A stretch of 64,000 nt of DNA from an uncultured Spirochaetota bacterium (GTDB lineage Bacteria; Spirochaetota; Spirochaetia; SZUA-6; Fen-1364). The notes beneath the pieces are model-generated. The model saw nothing but the letters and a program-made list of their open reading frames with translations, had not been told where the DNA came from and did not search any database. Within the stretch, counting starts at the first letter, position 1; every line of letters starts with the position of its first letter. This document shows, piece after piece, positions 63,682 through 64,000 of this stretch. Where the stretch lies: contig CAVTHO010000004.1 in the NCBI GenBank assembly GCA_963734545.1, positions 192,001-256,000 of the forward strand, read 5' to 3'. Position numbers and translations under genes: made by a program.

Positions 63682-64000
63682 CTATTCCGCCAGAACCTTC
63701 CGCAGCTTCTCTTCCAGCAGGGGAACGTGGTACGGCTTCTGTATGAAACCGGCCAGTCCGGATCCCTCGAACTGCTCCATTGTCTCCTGCTCGTTGTAGC
63801 CGCTGGACAGCAGCACGACAACGCCGGGATCGATGCCCTGCAATTCCCGAAATGCGTCCCCGCCGTCCATGACGGGCATGGTCAGATCGAGAATGATGCA
63901 GGAAATATCGCGCTGCCGCGCGCGGAAGACTTCCACCGCTTCCCGGCCGTCATTTGCAAGAAGCACGCTGAAACCCAGGGCCTCGAGCATGCGCCGGCCC
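63682..64000 (-). CDS. Receiver domain, probably the C-terminus of a hybrid kinase (cut by window edge)
   Basis: 'ANDGREA', 'ILDLTMPVMDG', 'SSGY', 'FIQKPY'. Confidence 0.85.
   Translation of the reverse strand, partial: GRRMLEALGFSVLLANDGREAVEVFRARQRDISCIILDLTMPVMDGGDAFRELQGIDPGVVVLLSSGYNEQETMEQFEGSGLAGFIQKPYHVPLLEEKLRKVLAE

Overview
GC-rich bacterial chromosomal window, densely coding. Probably a free-living Spirochaetia genome; this is inferred from the BMP lipoprotein and the 'AFATGGAE'-type signal peptide and is not proven. No rRNA, tRNA, CRISPR array, integrase or transposase was recognised. Most genes are for nutrient uptake and catabolism: a nucleoside-type ABC system with an ADP-ribosylglycohydrolase, an Opp-type ABC system between two GH51 arabinofuranosidases, a RhaSTPQ-like ABC system with a sugar isomerase and AraC regulator, and a CUT1 sugar ABC system. 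Also present are pgi, cfa, msrA, aguAB, a penicillin-acylase family gene and hybrid histidine kinases. About 14 reading-frame breaks in otherwise intact genes suggest uncorrected sequencing or assembly indels, so several ORF-track entries are false fusions or splits. The most striking element is at 39.2-43.3 kb. A TPR/TRAF-binding + SLOG-like + non-canonical class III nucleotide cyclase gene is translationally coupled to a protein with a ~170-aa histone-H1-like basic tail fused to a TIR domain that keeps its catalytic Glu. A SET-domain methyltransferase gene lies on the divergent side. Also notable are a heme-c (CxxCH) sensor adenylate cyclase coupled to a cytochrome P460 lipoprotein, and a HEPN-like/coiled-coil/UvrD-type helicase. 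All domain calls were made by eye from motifs; no searches were run.
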